Part shown: positions 35,527 to 47,829 of the stretch, piece by piece
How positions within the stretch are numbered: position 1 is the first letter of the stretch
Layout: each line of letters opens with the position of its first letter
Assembly: GCA_965287045.1 (NCBI GenBank)
Contig: OZ336890.1
Coordinates: 36,022,001 to 36,086,000 of the forward strand
Source of the DNA: Carcharhinus amblyrhynchos
Lineage: Eukaryota
Length of the DNA: 64,000 bases
Reading direction: 5' to 3'
Position numbers and translations under genes: made by a program
The notes under the pieces: model-generated
Databases searched by the model: none
Seen by the model: only the letters and a program-made list of their open reading frames with translations
What the model was told of the DNA's origin: nothing

Positions 35527-36344
35527 AAATAAAATTCTGCCCCATGTTCATTTGTCCAACTCCTGAGTCCCAAATGTTTCAAAAGCCTATTCATTGTTGT
35601 GAAAAGCAAGTTCAGGTGTTTGGGGCCGGCAAGGTCAAACTCATTGTGTAGCAATGAACAGGCGTGGACTCAGCTGTGAGTCAAACCAAAAAAAATGTAG
35701 AAATGATGATGTTTGCAAATTCAGAATGTGTCAGTAAAAATGTGAAATTAGCAGCAGAGCAAACATATTCAGAATTAAACGAGAATTGTATTCATTGCAT
35801 TGAAGAAATGTGCCTCCAATCGAAGAGATGTTGAATAAGGATTGAAGTAGAGGTTAATAAGTTGGAGAACATGCTTCACTTTCTTTCTTTGTTAGCCTAA
35901 CATTTTAGTTCTGATTAAAATAAGGCTCCATTTCTCAACAAGCAAATAAGCTGCTTGGCTGAACCTTGAGACAAAGAGAAAGTCTTAGGGAAAAGATACA
36001 GTCATGTGATAGCAGCTTGTTCCATAAATCACAGGGGTAAAAAAAATCAGAAAGAGAGACAAGTGTAAAATAAACTAATTGGATACCTGCCAACTCTGAC
36101 AAACGAGAAATATTATTTGCTACACTCATGCAGTGCAAAACTAATGACTGAGGGGCTCTCATTTTCTCCCTCCAACCCCCTTCCATTTTAAAACGCCAGT
36201 GATACCGGTAAAAATTAATCTCGTGCACAAACCTGTCTGTGGCAGCTCGCTCCTCAGCTGAGTTATTTCGACGGACGCCTCCCGTACTTCTACCTCAGAG
36301 CGCAGACGATAAAAGAAGAAATAGGTGAGCTCACGTAGCATCTT

Positions 36345-36640
36345 ATTACGTCTCTCTGAACCATTTCAAAGCGCTTCACACACAATGGATTACTTTGAAG
36401 TGTGGTGCTTTGTTGCGTTAAGACATTACAGCAATTATTCTGCACGGGCAACCCATCACACCATTTTGTGTGGTGGTGATTGAAGGAGCAATGCTATCCA
36501 GGAGACTCAAGCATTTCCCTGCTCTTCCCTGAAGAGTGCCATGGGATCTTTTAGCATCTACGTGAAATGCTAAAAGAGGCATGTGGGACCCAATTTTAAC
36601 ATCTCAGGTGAAGGAAGGCAGCGTTTCATTTATCTAAAGA
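36345..36640 (-). mobile_element. Deu-domain SINE (SacSINE/AmnSINE-related), degenerate
   Basis: Minus strand GATGCTAAAAGATCCCATGGCACTCTTCAGGGAAGAGCAGGG matches the recalled Deu-domain core, followed by an L2-type tail GTGAAGCGCTTTGAAATG. Confidence 0.7.
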
Positions 36641-36976
36641 CCAGACTGAAACCTTAGGGTACACCACTTGCACTTTGAAGGATGATAGTTCCAGGAAGCA
36701 AGGAAACAGCAACAATCATAAAATGGCTCCAAACCCTGTTCATAATTATCCCACAAATAAAATACTGTCAATGCTGGAAATCCAAAATAAAAACCAGAAA
36801 ACAATGGGGATATTATTTATAATCATTCCACCAACTGCAGAGTCTGCAGGCTTGTGCTGGGTTGTCAGTCTTCTGGAATCCACTTTGTGTAGATTTCAGA
36901 ACATGTTTATTGTCTCTACATTATCTTACAGATTGTTGTTTTGATTTGACACTGTAAGTGATTTCGTATTTTTTTT

Positions 36977-37275
36977 TAAGTTTATTTATAAGTCACAAGT
37001 AGGTTTACATTAACACTGCAATGAGCTTACTGTGGAAATTCCCTAGTCGCCAAATTCTGGCGCCTGTTCGGATACACTGAGGGAGAATCTATCATGACCA
37101 ATCCACTTAACCAGCTCGTCTTTCAGACTATGAGAGGAAACCGGAGCCCACGGAGGAAAATCAAACAGACACATGGGAGAATGTGCACACTCCGCACACA
37201 CAGTGACCAAAAGGCCAGGATTGAACCGTGGTCTCCGGCGCTGCGAGGCAGCAGTGCTAACCATTGTGCCACTTT
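36977..37275 (-). mobile_element. V-SINE, tail A
   Basis: Full-length copy. Confidence 0.92.
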
Positions 37276-38064
37276 GCTCAACTGATCCAATGTCCACCAG
37301 TCCTCTTGGTTACATACAGTACTGAAAGGCACATGCCAGAGCAGCTCTATAAGTTTTGTCGCATGCTAAATTGAGTGGATTTCATTGAACTATTATCACT
37401 CACTTTTTCCATGGCATGGAACTATGTCAGCGGTTTCCTCTTCTCTCTCCTCCAGCCTGTAAACAATTCATTTTATCAGTATTACTATGGTGAAGCTCAG
37501 CACCTCAAATGTAATAGGACGCTGTGCATTTCAGTAAAGTATTTAAGTTTTAGATAAATTATATAAAATCATAGGCACCAAAATCATTTTTTCTGTCTCG
37601 TGCTTTGCTTGGATCATGTCGCTTTGTACGATTAATTGCGCCCATTGTTGGCCCAGTCACAAGTGAACATCTGCTTCACATCTTCTTTTGACACTTACTG
37701 GGTATTCATTTTTCATTCTGGGTACCACACTGAGAAGGCGAATCGTTCATTTTCCTCTCCCTCCTCCTTTTCGAATCACATTATTAAATAAATACCCGAG
37801 CAACACGTATTCCAGCTCAATTCTAAAAATCCCATTTTACTTCAGGATTTACAACCATCTATCGATCTGACAATGTTGGCCTCCCAGTTTTTCTGATGCA
37901 CAATGGAGGACAGCACATAGCCGAAGGTAACTAAAGTGCAACAATTAAATTGAACCTTTCAAATGTCATCATGGCACAGGAAAAAATTTCCAGTATTTTG
38001 TGATCATTCAAACTTCAAAGTATAGTACCAGATAAATGCCCTAAGTAGAATATGCTTTACATTT

Positions 38065-38336
38065 CTCTGTAAGGAGGCCATTCAGCCCATCAAGTCTGTA
38101 CCAAATGTCCGACAGAGCATCTCACCCTGGTGCTATCCTGTAACCCCACATATTTACCCCACTAATCCTCCTATCCTAGGCATCTTGGTCAATACACCTA
38201 TCTGTACACCGTTGCATGTGCGAGCAAACCAGGACATCCAGATGAAACCCAGGCAGACAAGGGGAGGGTGTGAAAATTACACACAGTCATCCAAGGCTGG
38301 AATTAAACCAGGGACCCTGACACTGTGAAGCAGCTA
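38065..38336 (-). mobile_element. V-SINE, tail B (degenerate)
   Basis: Diverged V-domain and tail. Confidence 0.8.
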
Positions 38337-38389
38337 TTGGTGAGTTAGATCTTTGTAACAAGTATCTGAGATTCCAATTTCAATTCCAA

Positions 38390-38516
38390 GGGTGGAATTC
38401 TCCCATCCTGCCTGCCACGGGAATCGTAGTGGGTGGGACTCGAACTGTGCAAAGGTCCGTCGACCTCGGGTGAGATCTTCCGGCTTTGGGGTGAGTGCAG
38501 CCGGAAACTCCTGCCC
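38390..38516. mobile_element. Harbinger-type MITE
   Basis: TIR GGGTGGAATTCTCC / GGAAACTCCTGCCC; TSD CAA (38387-89, 38517-19). Confidence 0.82.
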
Positions 38517-39085
38517 CAATTCTCTTCCCACACCTAGTGGTGTACTAAGGCAGGCCCTCATCTGTTTCCATCATTAGTTATTCCTGGGCTTATAGCTTGA
38601 GGGGTGTCCCTCCACACCAAGCATGGCTGACTAGGAGTCTCTCCCGCAGTGGGCAGGTGGGGGCAGGAAAGGGGCAGTAGTGTAAGGGGGGGAGGAGGGG
38701 AGAGCGCTTGTAAATTTTAAAAAGTAGATGCAACTAAGTATTGGTCAGTGCAATTCTTATTGAAAAAGTTTTTTTTGTGATCTTTTCACCTACTATAGTA
38801 TTTTCATTTACCATTGCAGTAACCTGAGATCCATAGTGAAGGTTCAAGGTCACTCAGGAAAGGAAAATAGTTGATTATAAAATGCAAAGTAAAACCACAA
38901 TTGTGGTGTACACACACAAATCCCCACCTGGGGCTACAGTTCCACAGGCCCAGCCCCTGGGCCTGCCTTATTAAAGGCTTAGGGAATGAGCTCCACCTGG
39001 CATGGCTGCTGCCTATTACCAGCTTTTCTGATCCATGTGCACTATTTTATATGTTCCTTTCCAGTTGGGTTTCATGAGTCATTAC

Positions 39086-39835
39086 AGTGTATAGGTGCAC
39101 TGATTATTGGGTGTGACAGAACAGGTGGAGGGAGCAGCTAATAAAGCATGTAGTATTCTGGTCTTTATTATTAGGGGCATGGAGTACAAGAGCAAGCAGG
39201 TTGCGTAGGGGAAGCACTGGTATAATGGTATTGTCACTGGACAGCATATTGTTCTGGGGACCTGGGTTAGTATCCTGCCACAGCAGATGGTGCAATTTGA
39301 ATTCAATAAAAATCTGGAATTAGAAGTCTAACAGTGATTACGAATCATTGTTGTTGATTGTCATAAAAAAGCCATCAGATTCACTACTGTTCTTTAGGGA
39401 AGGAAATCTGTCATCCTCACCGGGTCCAAGCCCACATCAGTGTGGTTGCCTCTTAAATGCCCTCTGGAATGGCCTAGCAAGTCACTCTGTCCAAGGGCAA
39501 TAAGGAATGGGCATAAAATGTGCAGCGATGCTCACAATCTACATAAGAATAAGAAAAAAAGGTTAGGCTGAACAAGACTCTACTCATCCCTCAGCTCGAG
39601 TATTTTGAGCAGTTCTGAGTGCCACTGTATAGGAGTGAGTTTAGAAGAGGTTTACAAAAATGGTGGCAGGAATGAGAATCTTCAGTTCTGAGAATAGGCT
39701 GGAGGCGATGGGGCTGTTTTTGGAGAGAAGGCTGAGAGGAGATTGACAGAGGTGAGGGGCTTGGACAGAGTAGATAAGGGAGAAACTGTTCCTGATCATA
39801 AAGCATCAAGAATGAGAGGATGCAGGAATATCCAT
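39086..39835 (+). mobile_element. CR1 LINE fragment split by a SINE
   Basis: ILVFIIRGMEYKSKQV before 39205 and ..PQLEY..QF after 39560 are contiguous ORF2 motifs. Confidence 0.8.
39207..39560 (+). mobile_element. tRNA-derived SINE with an AAGGGCAAT..GGG tail
   Basis: Head TGGTATAATGGTATTGTCACTGGAC..GGGTTAGTATCC; tail AAGGGCAATAAGGAATGGGC..AAGAATAAGAAAAAAA shared with the LINE at 29805-30530; short AGGTT duplication at the flanks. Confidence 0.75.
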
Positions 39836-39970
39836 GGAGAAATTTGACATGTTCTGCTTAATGCATCTTTGCATTGCAATAAAATGAAACACAGAGAGGG
39901 AGATATAATGTGCTCTTGTCAGTGATTTCTTCTTGATTTCAATATCACTTCCAGATAATAGAGACTGCGC

Positions 39971-40640
39971 TAGAACAAAGAACAAAGAACGATATAGAAC
40001 AGGAACAGACCCTTTGGCCCTCCCAGCCTGCGCCACTCATGATGCTTGCCTAAACTAAACCGTACACAGTTACGGAGTCTGTATCCTTCCATTCCCATTC
40101 TATTCATGTAATTGCCCATTAAATGTTGCTATTGTATCTGTTCCCATTATCTCCCCAGGCAGCTTGTTCCAGACATTCACCACACTGTGTAAAAAAACGT
40201 GCCTTACACATTTCCTCTAAACTTATCTCCGCATACCTCAAATCTATGTCCTCTAGTACTTGACTTTTCTACCCTAGAAAAGAGCACCTGATTATCCACT
40301 GTCAGTGACACTCATACTCTTGTAGACTTCAATCAGGTCACTCCATCGTTCCAGTGAGAACAAACCGAGCTTATCTAACCTCTCTTCATAGCTAATACCT
40401 TCTGGACTAGGCAACGTCCTGGTATAGCTCTTCTGTATCCTCTCCAAAGCATCCACATCCTTCTGGTAGTGTGACAACCAAAATTGCATACAATATTCTC
40501 AATGCGACCTAACTAAGGTTCTCAACAGCTGCAGCATGACCTGCCAATTCTTATACTCAACAACCCAATCAATGAAGGCAAGCATGCTATATGTTTTCTT
40601 AACTACCTTATTGACCTGCGTTGCCATTTTCAGTGACTAG
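39971..40640 (-). mobile_element. CR1 LINE 3' part
   Basis: ORF 40292-40489 QFWLSHYQKDVDALERIQ..YEERLDKLGLFSLE; (AGAACAA)n tail. Confidence 0.9.
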
Positions 40641-40909
40641 TTGTTAACCAGTACAGAATGGGCCCACCCTCACATGCCGAAGATCATTGGGATACTTTTA
40701 GCAACAGTCAACAAGCATTTCCTGTGTTGGTCATGGCACAAAATTGGCAGTGAGGGCTGGAAGAATTTGTACAAACTCAACTAGCTATAAGCTTATAAAT
40801 TTTAAGACCTGGCTTTATGCTATTTGCCCCAATTACATTGCAAGGATCCTTATCTCAAACAGAAAAGTGCAGATGGGCATCTTTTGAAATAATTTTCACA
40901 AGAAATCTG

Positions 40910-41110
40910 GGCATGATTTTCCACTGCATGTTTCACGGCAGTGGAGGTGGCTACCATTGGCCAGTGGTGGGATCTTCTGGTTCCACCACCGTCAATGGAT
41001 TTTCCCATTGAACTTCACCCCTCTCTCGCCACCGGGAAACCCGTGGTGGGAGTGCACCATCAGCCAGACCAGAAGGTCCTACCAATGTGAATGGCGGGTA
41101 AGTTCCAGCC
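40910..41110. mobile_element. Harbinger-type MITE
   Basis: GGCATGATTTTCC / GTAAGTTCCAGCC ends; TSD CTG. Confidence 0.75.
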
Positions 41111-41424
41111 CTGATGGCTAATTTATACCAGACAGTAATTGGATTGATTATTTATACCCTTCCAAGTGCAACCCCAAGGAATTCTCGAGCAGTTGGACTC
41201 AGTCAGTAATTCCTGGACTGCCAACATGATTAATCAAACTGAGGTGCTTGATTGATGTAAGTTGGCTATAGATTAAGATGTTTTACAGGCGATCTATGTT
41301 TAGTTGCCATAGTATTAACTGACACCAGACTGGTGAGAATGTCTGTGCAAGAAAAGATGCAGATACAAAGGAAATTTAGCTGCACTGTTACTATTTCAAA
41401 TCTTTAAGGAATATAAGAAAGGGA

Positions 41425-41595
41425 GAATGAACTTGCACCTTTAATAATCTGAATGTCACAAAGTGCTTTATAGACAATTAAGTACTTTTGAAGTGTAGTC
41501 ACTGTTGTAACACAGGAAATACAGCAGCTACCTTGTACATAGAAAGCTCTCACAGGCTGCATTGGGATAATGGCCAGATATTCTGCTTTAATTCA
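41425..41595 (-). mobile_element. L2-tailed SINE 3' fragment (Deu-SINE-like)
   Basis: AACTTGCA..CAAAGTGCTTTATAG..TACTTTTGAAGTGTAGTCACTGTTGTAA. A similar relic lies at about 15484-15570. Confidence 0.6.
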
Positions 41596-41669
41596 TACCA
41601 CATAACTCACCCATTTACCATTTTTGCAGAATTGAAATATACCCTGTTTAGATTACCCAGAATCCATGG

Positions 41670-41938
41670 TGTTGTAAGGTTTTGGTTACAGTTCAGTGAC
41701 TCTGAAGAAGCCTTCGTAGCTATTTGAAGGTTAACTGGAAGTCTTTATTGACTCTTTGAACTGTACACAAATGTACAGTAAAAGTCACAAGCCAGGAGCT
41801 CTCTCCATGCTTGCTTCTACACACAGCTCTGTCCAACAGTAAACTGATCCTCGGTCTGGGTTATGTGCTCACCTACATCACTATGTGAGCAGTACTGTAC
41901 TCACATTAATTCCCTATGTGCCAGATCCTTATACTACA
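41670..41938 (-). mobile_element. Solo LTR (Gypsy-like)
   Basis: TG..CA ends with short inverted termini (TGTTGTAAGG / CCTTATACTACA), AATAAA on the minus strand, flanks CATGG/AATGA (decayed TSD). Confidence 0.62.
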
Positions 41939-41981
41939 AATGACATTGTGCTGCATGCAGAACTCTAGTAGATTTATATAA

Positions 41982-42192
41982 TATAGAATCACAGATTCCT
42001 AAAGTGCAGAGGGAGGCCATTTGACCCATTGAGTCTGCACTGACCACAATCCCATAACCCCACGCAGTTGCCCTAGCTAGTTCCCTTGACATTAAGGGGC
42101 AATTTAGCATGGCCAATCCACCTAAACCTGTTGGACTTTAACTTGGTGTTGTGAGACTTCTTACTGTGTCAATCCACCAAACCCACACATCT
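41982..42192 (-). mobile_element. V-SINE tail B fragment containing a 44-bp insert
   Basis: CR1-type tail; insert 42126-42169 between CAATCCACC(T/A)AA repeats. Confidence 0.85.
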
Positions 42193-42677
42193 AAGAAGTA
42201 GCAACTTTTTACATTCAACATTAACTAGACAGATGAGAGAAATTCAAGGAGATTGCATTAATTTTGAAATGTGGATATGCTGAAGAATGATCAGAATCAG
42301 CTGGGGCAAAAAGATAAACGAGTGGGATAGATCAAGACCAGGACTTCAAGAATCAAAAGTGTTGCTAAGTATAGTTAGAAGGGGAGAGGTAGCCAAGTAC
42401 ACACATTACAGATGAAGACCTGACAGCCTTGCATTGGCAAAAATCAAAGGAGAAACTGATGGTAAAAATAGAAGAGAAAGGAAAAAAATCAGATGGGTGG
42501 ATAACATCAAGAGGTGGACTGAGAGAATATTGAAGAAAACCAGAGAAGAAGCAAAACAATGCCAATGACCCCACTAAGCTTACAGTGGCAATGAATGAAG
42601 AAACATATCTACTGTATTAACATGTACCAAAAACACATTGTTCTGAGTTTGATAGGCTTTCTCTACTTGCAAACTGT

Positions 42678-42972
42678 GAGTGGCACAGTGGTTAGCACTG
42701 CTCCCTCACAGCATCAGAGACCTGGGTTCAATTCCTGACTTGGTCACTGCCTGTGTGGAGTTTGCATGCTCTCCCTGCGTTTGCATGGGTTTCCTCTAGG
42801 TGCTCCAGTTTCCTCCCGCAGTGTGAAAGGTGCACTGGGTAGGTGCATTGGCCATGCTCAATTCTCTCTCACCATACCAGAACAGGAGGGTGGCGTCTAG
42901 AGGATTTTCACAGTGATTTCATTACAGTGTTAATGTAAGCCTACTTGTGACACTAATAAACAAACAAACTTT
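42678..42972 (+). mobile_element. V-SINE, tail A
   Basis: Full-length copy. Confidence 0.92.
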
Positions 42973-45428
42973 CTATGGTGAATCACCAATTACCACAATT
43001 AAACATGATTCAGGTCAGGTCAACAGAATCCAATTTCTACTATTCAGAAAAATGTTTGCGTAGTCATAAGCCCATTCCTTCGCCATTATCCTGACACTAA
43101 TAAATAAACTTTAAACAATGCTTGTCTAAGAGCTTTATTGTATGTCAATTGGACAATTACATCTGTGTTCCTGCTTTGTAATCAAACCAATGGTAAGATG
43201 TTGATGCTGACATTCCTTGTCCAATACCTCAACACATCCATGCCTGACTCCCAATCAGGATTCAATTAATTTTTCATCCTGGTAATTGGCTTTTCTTGTT
43301 TGGATAGGGAGCTGCCTGTTGAACAAAACAGTTTCATTCTCATAATTATGGCCACAGTGATTAAGTGTCATAGTGTGTCCCAATGTGTTACACCATGAAA
43401 GAGTAGGATACGGTCTTGTATTCTGCAATTTTCTGCACAGAGGGAGTTACCTGGGGCTCCTCTTGTTCTCTCCAGAGAAAAACAAGCTGAGACAACTGCA
43501 GAGGCCCTAAGTAAAGTATGGTGAAAAATCATGCATCATTAGGTTTTTGGTGCCATCTACACAGGCACCAAGAAAACCCCTGTTGGAAGTTTCTGCGGAT
43601 GACAAGCTAAGTACGTAGATAGCAAACTGCTATTGGTGACAATCTTTCAGCTGAGGTCAGTAGGTCTCTCAAAAGAGTCACTTTCCCAGCTATTTAATTC
43701 TAACTGTAAAGCTTATGTTCCAAATGAATGTTTTCTTTTATTAGGGTTCCTATTAGGCAAGGCTGAACTGTGTTATTTGTGAGCTCGTGTTACATCCAAA
43801 ACAGACTCCCATGCCACAGTGCAGCATCATAAGCCCTGCGCATACTATGGGTGTTTAAATTATTAAGGGAAAGACAAGCAACAGTTAGATGTTCCTAGTA
43901 GATAAAGTGTTATTTCTACCAGGGGCAAAAAAAGCTCAGCACTCAAAGTTGAAAATTTCAGAGGAGAGTTTTTTGTTTGTTTTTTAAAAATAGAATAGTT
44001 GTCAAAAAGTGTTTTGCACTTATGAACATATCTTTAATTCGACTCTGTAATGAAGAAGAATCAAGAATGTGCATATTAATAACTTGCCAAGATTAGTATC
44101 ATTTGGTGAAAATACTTAACTTGGATCACGCTTTCAGATTTTCAAAATATTTCCAGAGTAACCCATTAAATCTTTAATTTCCAAATGTAATTGGAACAAA
44201 TGCAGAAAACTCTGAAGCTGTAGTAGTGGAAATGCCTTTTATGTTTTGAAGCTGTGGATGAAACATGGCAATGAATCAAATCTGTCCTATGTGCTACAGT
44301 ACAAGGTGATCAGGGGACATTTAATGCATGTCTCAGAAATTCTTCATAATGGGACTGAATGTAAGGCTTTGATACGATGACTTTCTATGTCAGACCAACT
44401 TTATACAATTTAAATTTCTATTTAATGGTTACAAATATGTTGTGGGCTTGGATTGAAATGACAGCAGGAGATGGAGCAAGAAGAAATTCGACTCACAAAG
44501 GGTTAAGATATTGAAAGCTGACCATGGCCAGTGCAAAGTCACAAATTAGTGCCTCGTTACTCTGAGAGATCTTCGTTCCTTTCTCTACGTGGCCTTAACT
44601 CTGCTATTCACACAGACATATGCGCGCAATGCCAACTATTTAAGAATTTGTTTTCCAAAATGTTTAGCTGGGCTGCGAGTGTTGACCGTTCCTGTGAAAT
44701 TTGATGACTGAAAATGAGTTTTGTTAATGCGATACCTGATAGAGATGTTGTGGTGTTATTAGCACAGATGGTTGTCATATGTATGCAAATGAGGAGAAAA
44801 TTGAATTTCGTGTCCCTTCTCACCACCTGTCCTATCAGTGCCCACTCCCGCAGGGAGGAGAAGACACACCAAGTGCACCATTAATCTGTCACTGCATGTT
44901 AATTAAAACCAACACATTAATCATCGTTTGTTTCTTTTACAAAAGAAGTCCATGTTTTTTTCTGCTGGAGAAATAGATTTACATGTACAGACAAGGTGTT
45001 CCACGCAGCTAATAGAACAAATATAAGATTACATTGCTGCTGGTCAGCTAATAAGATTAGACGTGAAGTGTTAGAAAATTTGAAATGATATTAAAGCAGC
45101 TGTCAAAAAATTAGCATTATAGCATGGTAGCTTCTACTGAAAATCATCACTGAGCTTCTGAAGGTCATTACAATTTATATTAGGCTTAATCGTTTCTTCA
45201 GAAGGAAGAAAAGTGTCTGTTTTAAACTTACTGTTAAAAGCTGTGCTGCAACTTATTTACTGCTGCTGTTGTCCCAGATAGCAAAGGTCCCAACCTTAGG
45301 AAATTTGGATAACAATGGATTGGAGAAAGAAATCATTTTCCACTGGCTGGTGAATCAGGGACAGGTTGGGAGAATTTGATTGAGTGCAGGTAACTGTTCA
45401 GATACAGAAACATCCAATTATTCAGGCT

Positions 45429-45750
45429 TAGAATCATCATAGAACCCCAGCGGTGCAAAAGGAAGTCATTCGGTCCATCGAGCCTGCACCGATAACAATT
45501 CCACCCAGACCCTATCTCTGTAACCCTACATATTTACCCTGCTAATCCCCCTGACACTAAGGGTTAATTTAGCATGGCCAGTCAACGTAACCTCCACATC
45601 TTTGGACTTTGGGAGGAAACTGGAGGTCCTGGAAGAACCCATACAGACAAAGGAAGAATGTGCAAGTTCCACACAGTCACCCGAGGCTGGAATCAAATCT
45701 GGGTCCCTGGCACTGTGAGGCAGCAGTGCTAACCACTGTGCCATCATACC
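45429..45750 (-). mobile_element. V-SINE, tail B
   Basis: Full-length copy. Confidence 0.92.
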
Positions 45751-45990
45751 ATTTCTATCATCCTCCAGTGCGATGCCACCATCAAACACATCTCTCCCAA
45801 CCCATCCTTTTAGAATTCCACAGGGACCATTCCTTCTGCATCCACTAATCCACTCTGCCACCACCCTCAACAATTTATCTCCTTCCCATGGCACCATCTC
45901 ATGCAAGCACGGTAGATGCAAGGCCTGACCTTCTGCTTCCTTCTTGTTCAGGACCTCAAACATTCCTTGATTTGTGTGTACGTCTCTCAA
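45751..45990 (+). mobile_element. Penelope-like element fragment (RT to GIY-YIG linker)
   Basis: Relic of HF..LQ.DATIKHI.P..F.RDHS..SHGT..C...RC..C..QGP.HS, the Cys-rich linker preceding the GIY-YIG endonuclease. Confidence 0.7.
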
Positions 45991-46000
45991 CGTTGTTTAA

Positions 46001-46155
46001 AACAAGAACAAAGAACAAAGAAAAGCACAGTATAGGAACAGGCTTTTCAATCCTCCAAACCCACGCAGATATGGGTAGAACATGCAAACTCCACACAGTC
46101 ACCCAAGGCTGAAACTGAATCCAGGTGCTGTGCAGCAGCGCTAACCACTGCCACC
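46001..46155 (-). mobile_element. V-SINE head fused to a CR1 terminal tail (deletion derivative)
   Basis: CR1 (CAAAGAA)n end at 46001-46055 joined directly to SINE head sequence at 46058-46155. Confidence 0.65.
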
Positions 46156-46614
46156 CAAAGTCTGATGGTGCATTGTGCACCATTGTTTCAGGATCAACAC
46201 TTTCATCCCACTTTATCTCAAGAGTGTGGAAGGAGAATACTTATGTCTTCTGTAAATCTTGAAATAGTAAGATAAAATTATTCCCACCCCCACACCATTC
46301 CAACTGAGCTTCGTGACACAATGGTCGAAAACAGAATCTGGACCGAAAAGATGAAAATCCTTGTCTGCCTTTGACGACAACATTAAGGGAAATGGTCACC
46401 TCCTTCCATTTTGCAGCACAAGGGCTAGCACAAAGCAAAACACACAAGAGAAAGATAATTCATGACCACAAAAATGACCACCATTTTGTTGCATAGATAA
46501 TCAGACTTAGGACTCAGTGTCACAATGCACGGACAGGAAAATTACTGCATCATTAATTAAATGAAACTATTTCTTGCAATGTCTTGTCAATGGCCAGTTT
46601 CCACATGTTTGTTT

Positions 46615-47102
46615 CACCCAGGCTGATTCTGGGGATGAAAAGGTTGACATATGAGGTTAACAGTTTGGACTTGTACTTGCTGGAGTTTGGAAGGATGAGA
46701 GGGGATCAGGTTGAGGTATATAAAATTTTAAAAGGGATTGATAAAGTAAATGTAGACCAAATGTTTCCTCTTATGAGTCAATCTCGAACAAGAGGTCACA
46801 GGTATAGGTTGAGAGGTGGTAGATTTAAAACTGAAATGAGGAGGAACTATTTCTCACAGAGGGGATTAATTTGTGGGACTCGTTGCCCCATAGCACAGTG
46901 GAGTCTAAATCGTTGAATGGTTTCAAGAAGGAGATAGACATATTTTTAATAAAAAACAGGATAACAGGATATGGGAAACAGGTGGGGAGGTGGTTTTGAA
47001 ACCAGGGAGAGATCACTATGATGTGATTGAATGGTGAAGCAGGCTTGAAGGGTTGAATTTGTCTACTTCTGCTCCTAATTCCAACATTCCTAATTCCTAT
47101 GT
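46615..47102 (+). mobile_element. CR1 LINE 3' end
   Basis: ORF 46584-46916 RLILGMKRLTYE..LEFGRMRGD..YKILKG.D..RTRGHRYRLRGGRFKTEMRRNYFSQR; (ATTCCTA)n-like tail. Confidence 0.92.
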
Positions 47103-47829
47103 ATAAAAAAGATAAAATATGGAGATAATTTAACATCATCAAGCTAATAAGTACACTGCACAACAATCCAAAATAGAAAGCCATCAGAACTCAGAAGCAA
47201 AGTGCTAAGAACAGATAAGATATTATTCCCATTGAATGCTGAGGAAGAGCCAGCCCCAAGGTAAGTCAGGATTATCAAAAATGAAAGTGGAAGAGGTGTT
47301 CAGAAAACTGTAGGAAAGATTGTTGTAAAGAAATAGCTGAACACCCAGACTATCACAGACCAATAATGAGGAAAGGCAGCTTTCAAATGATGAGAAAATA
47401 ATCCACAAACCCAGCAAAATATAAGGAAAAACACTGCCTTGAAGGAGAGGAGATTGCCAAATTATAATGATTCTGTTTATTGTATATTATATTGCATTAT
47501 AATTAGAATATCAAATTAATAACGACTCAGAGATAAAATGAAATTCCAAAGCTCAGTGCTTTTCAAATATCTTGAATAACAAACATTTTGGATGTGCTTG
47601 AAAGAATGCTGTGAAGAAAAGCTTATTTGCATTGAATTACAAGCAAACTGTGCAAACAGCAAAAGCAGATGCATAATTGTTTCATGCTAAACCCAGCTAT
47701 ATACTAAAGACTTCTATAACAAACATCATACATCCATTTAAATTGGAATCTATTAGCATTAAATTAATTTTGAATTTATTTGCTTATTCTAAAATGAATG
47801 GTGAGAGATGGAGAATAAGTACATCGATG

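Noticed and set aside
38800-39085. Possible second solo LTR ending ..TCATTACA
   Set aside because: Only one plausible terminus and no TSD.
42678-42745. tRNA-like sequences at SINE heads
   Set aside because: They have A/B boxes but lack complete cloverleaf pairing and continue into the SINE body, so they are not tRNA genes.
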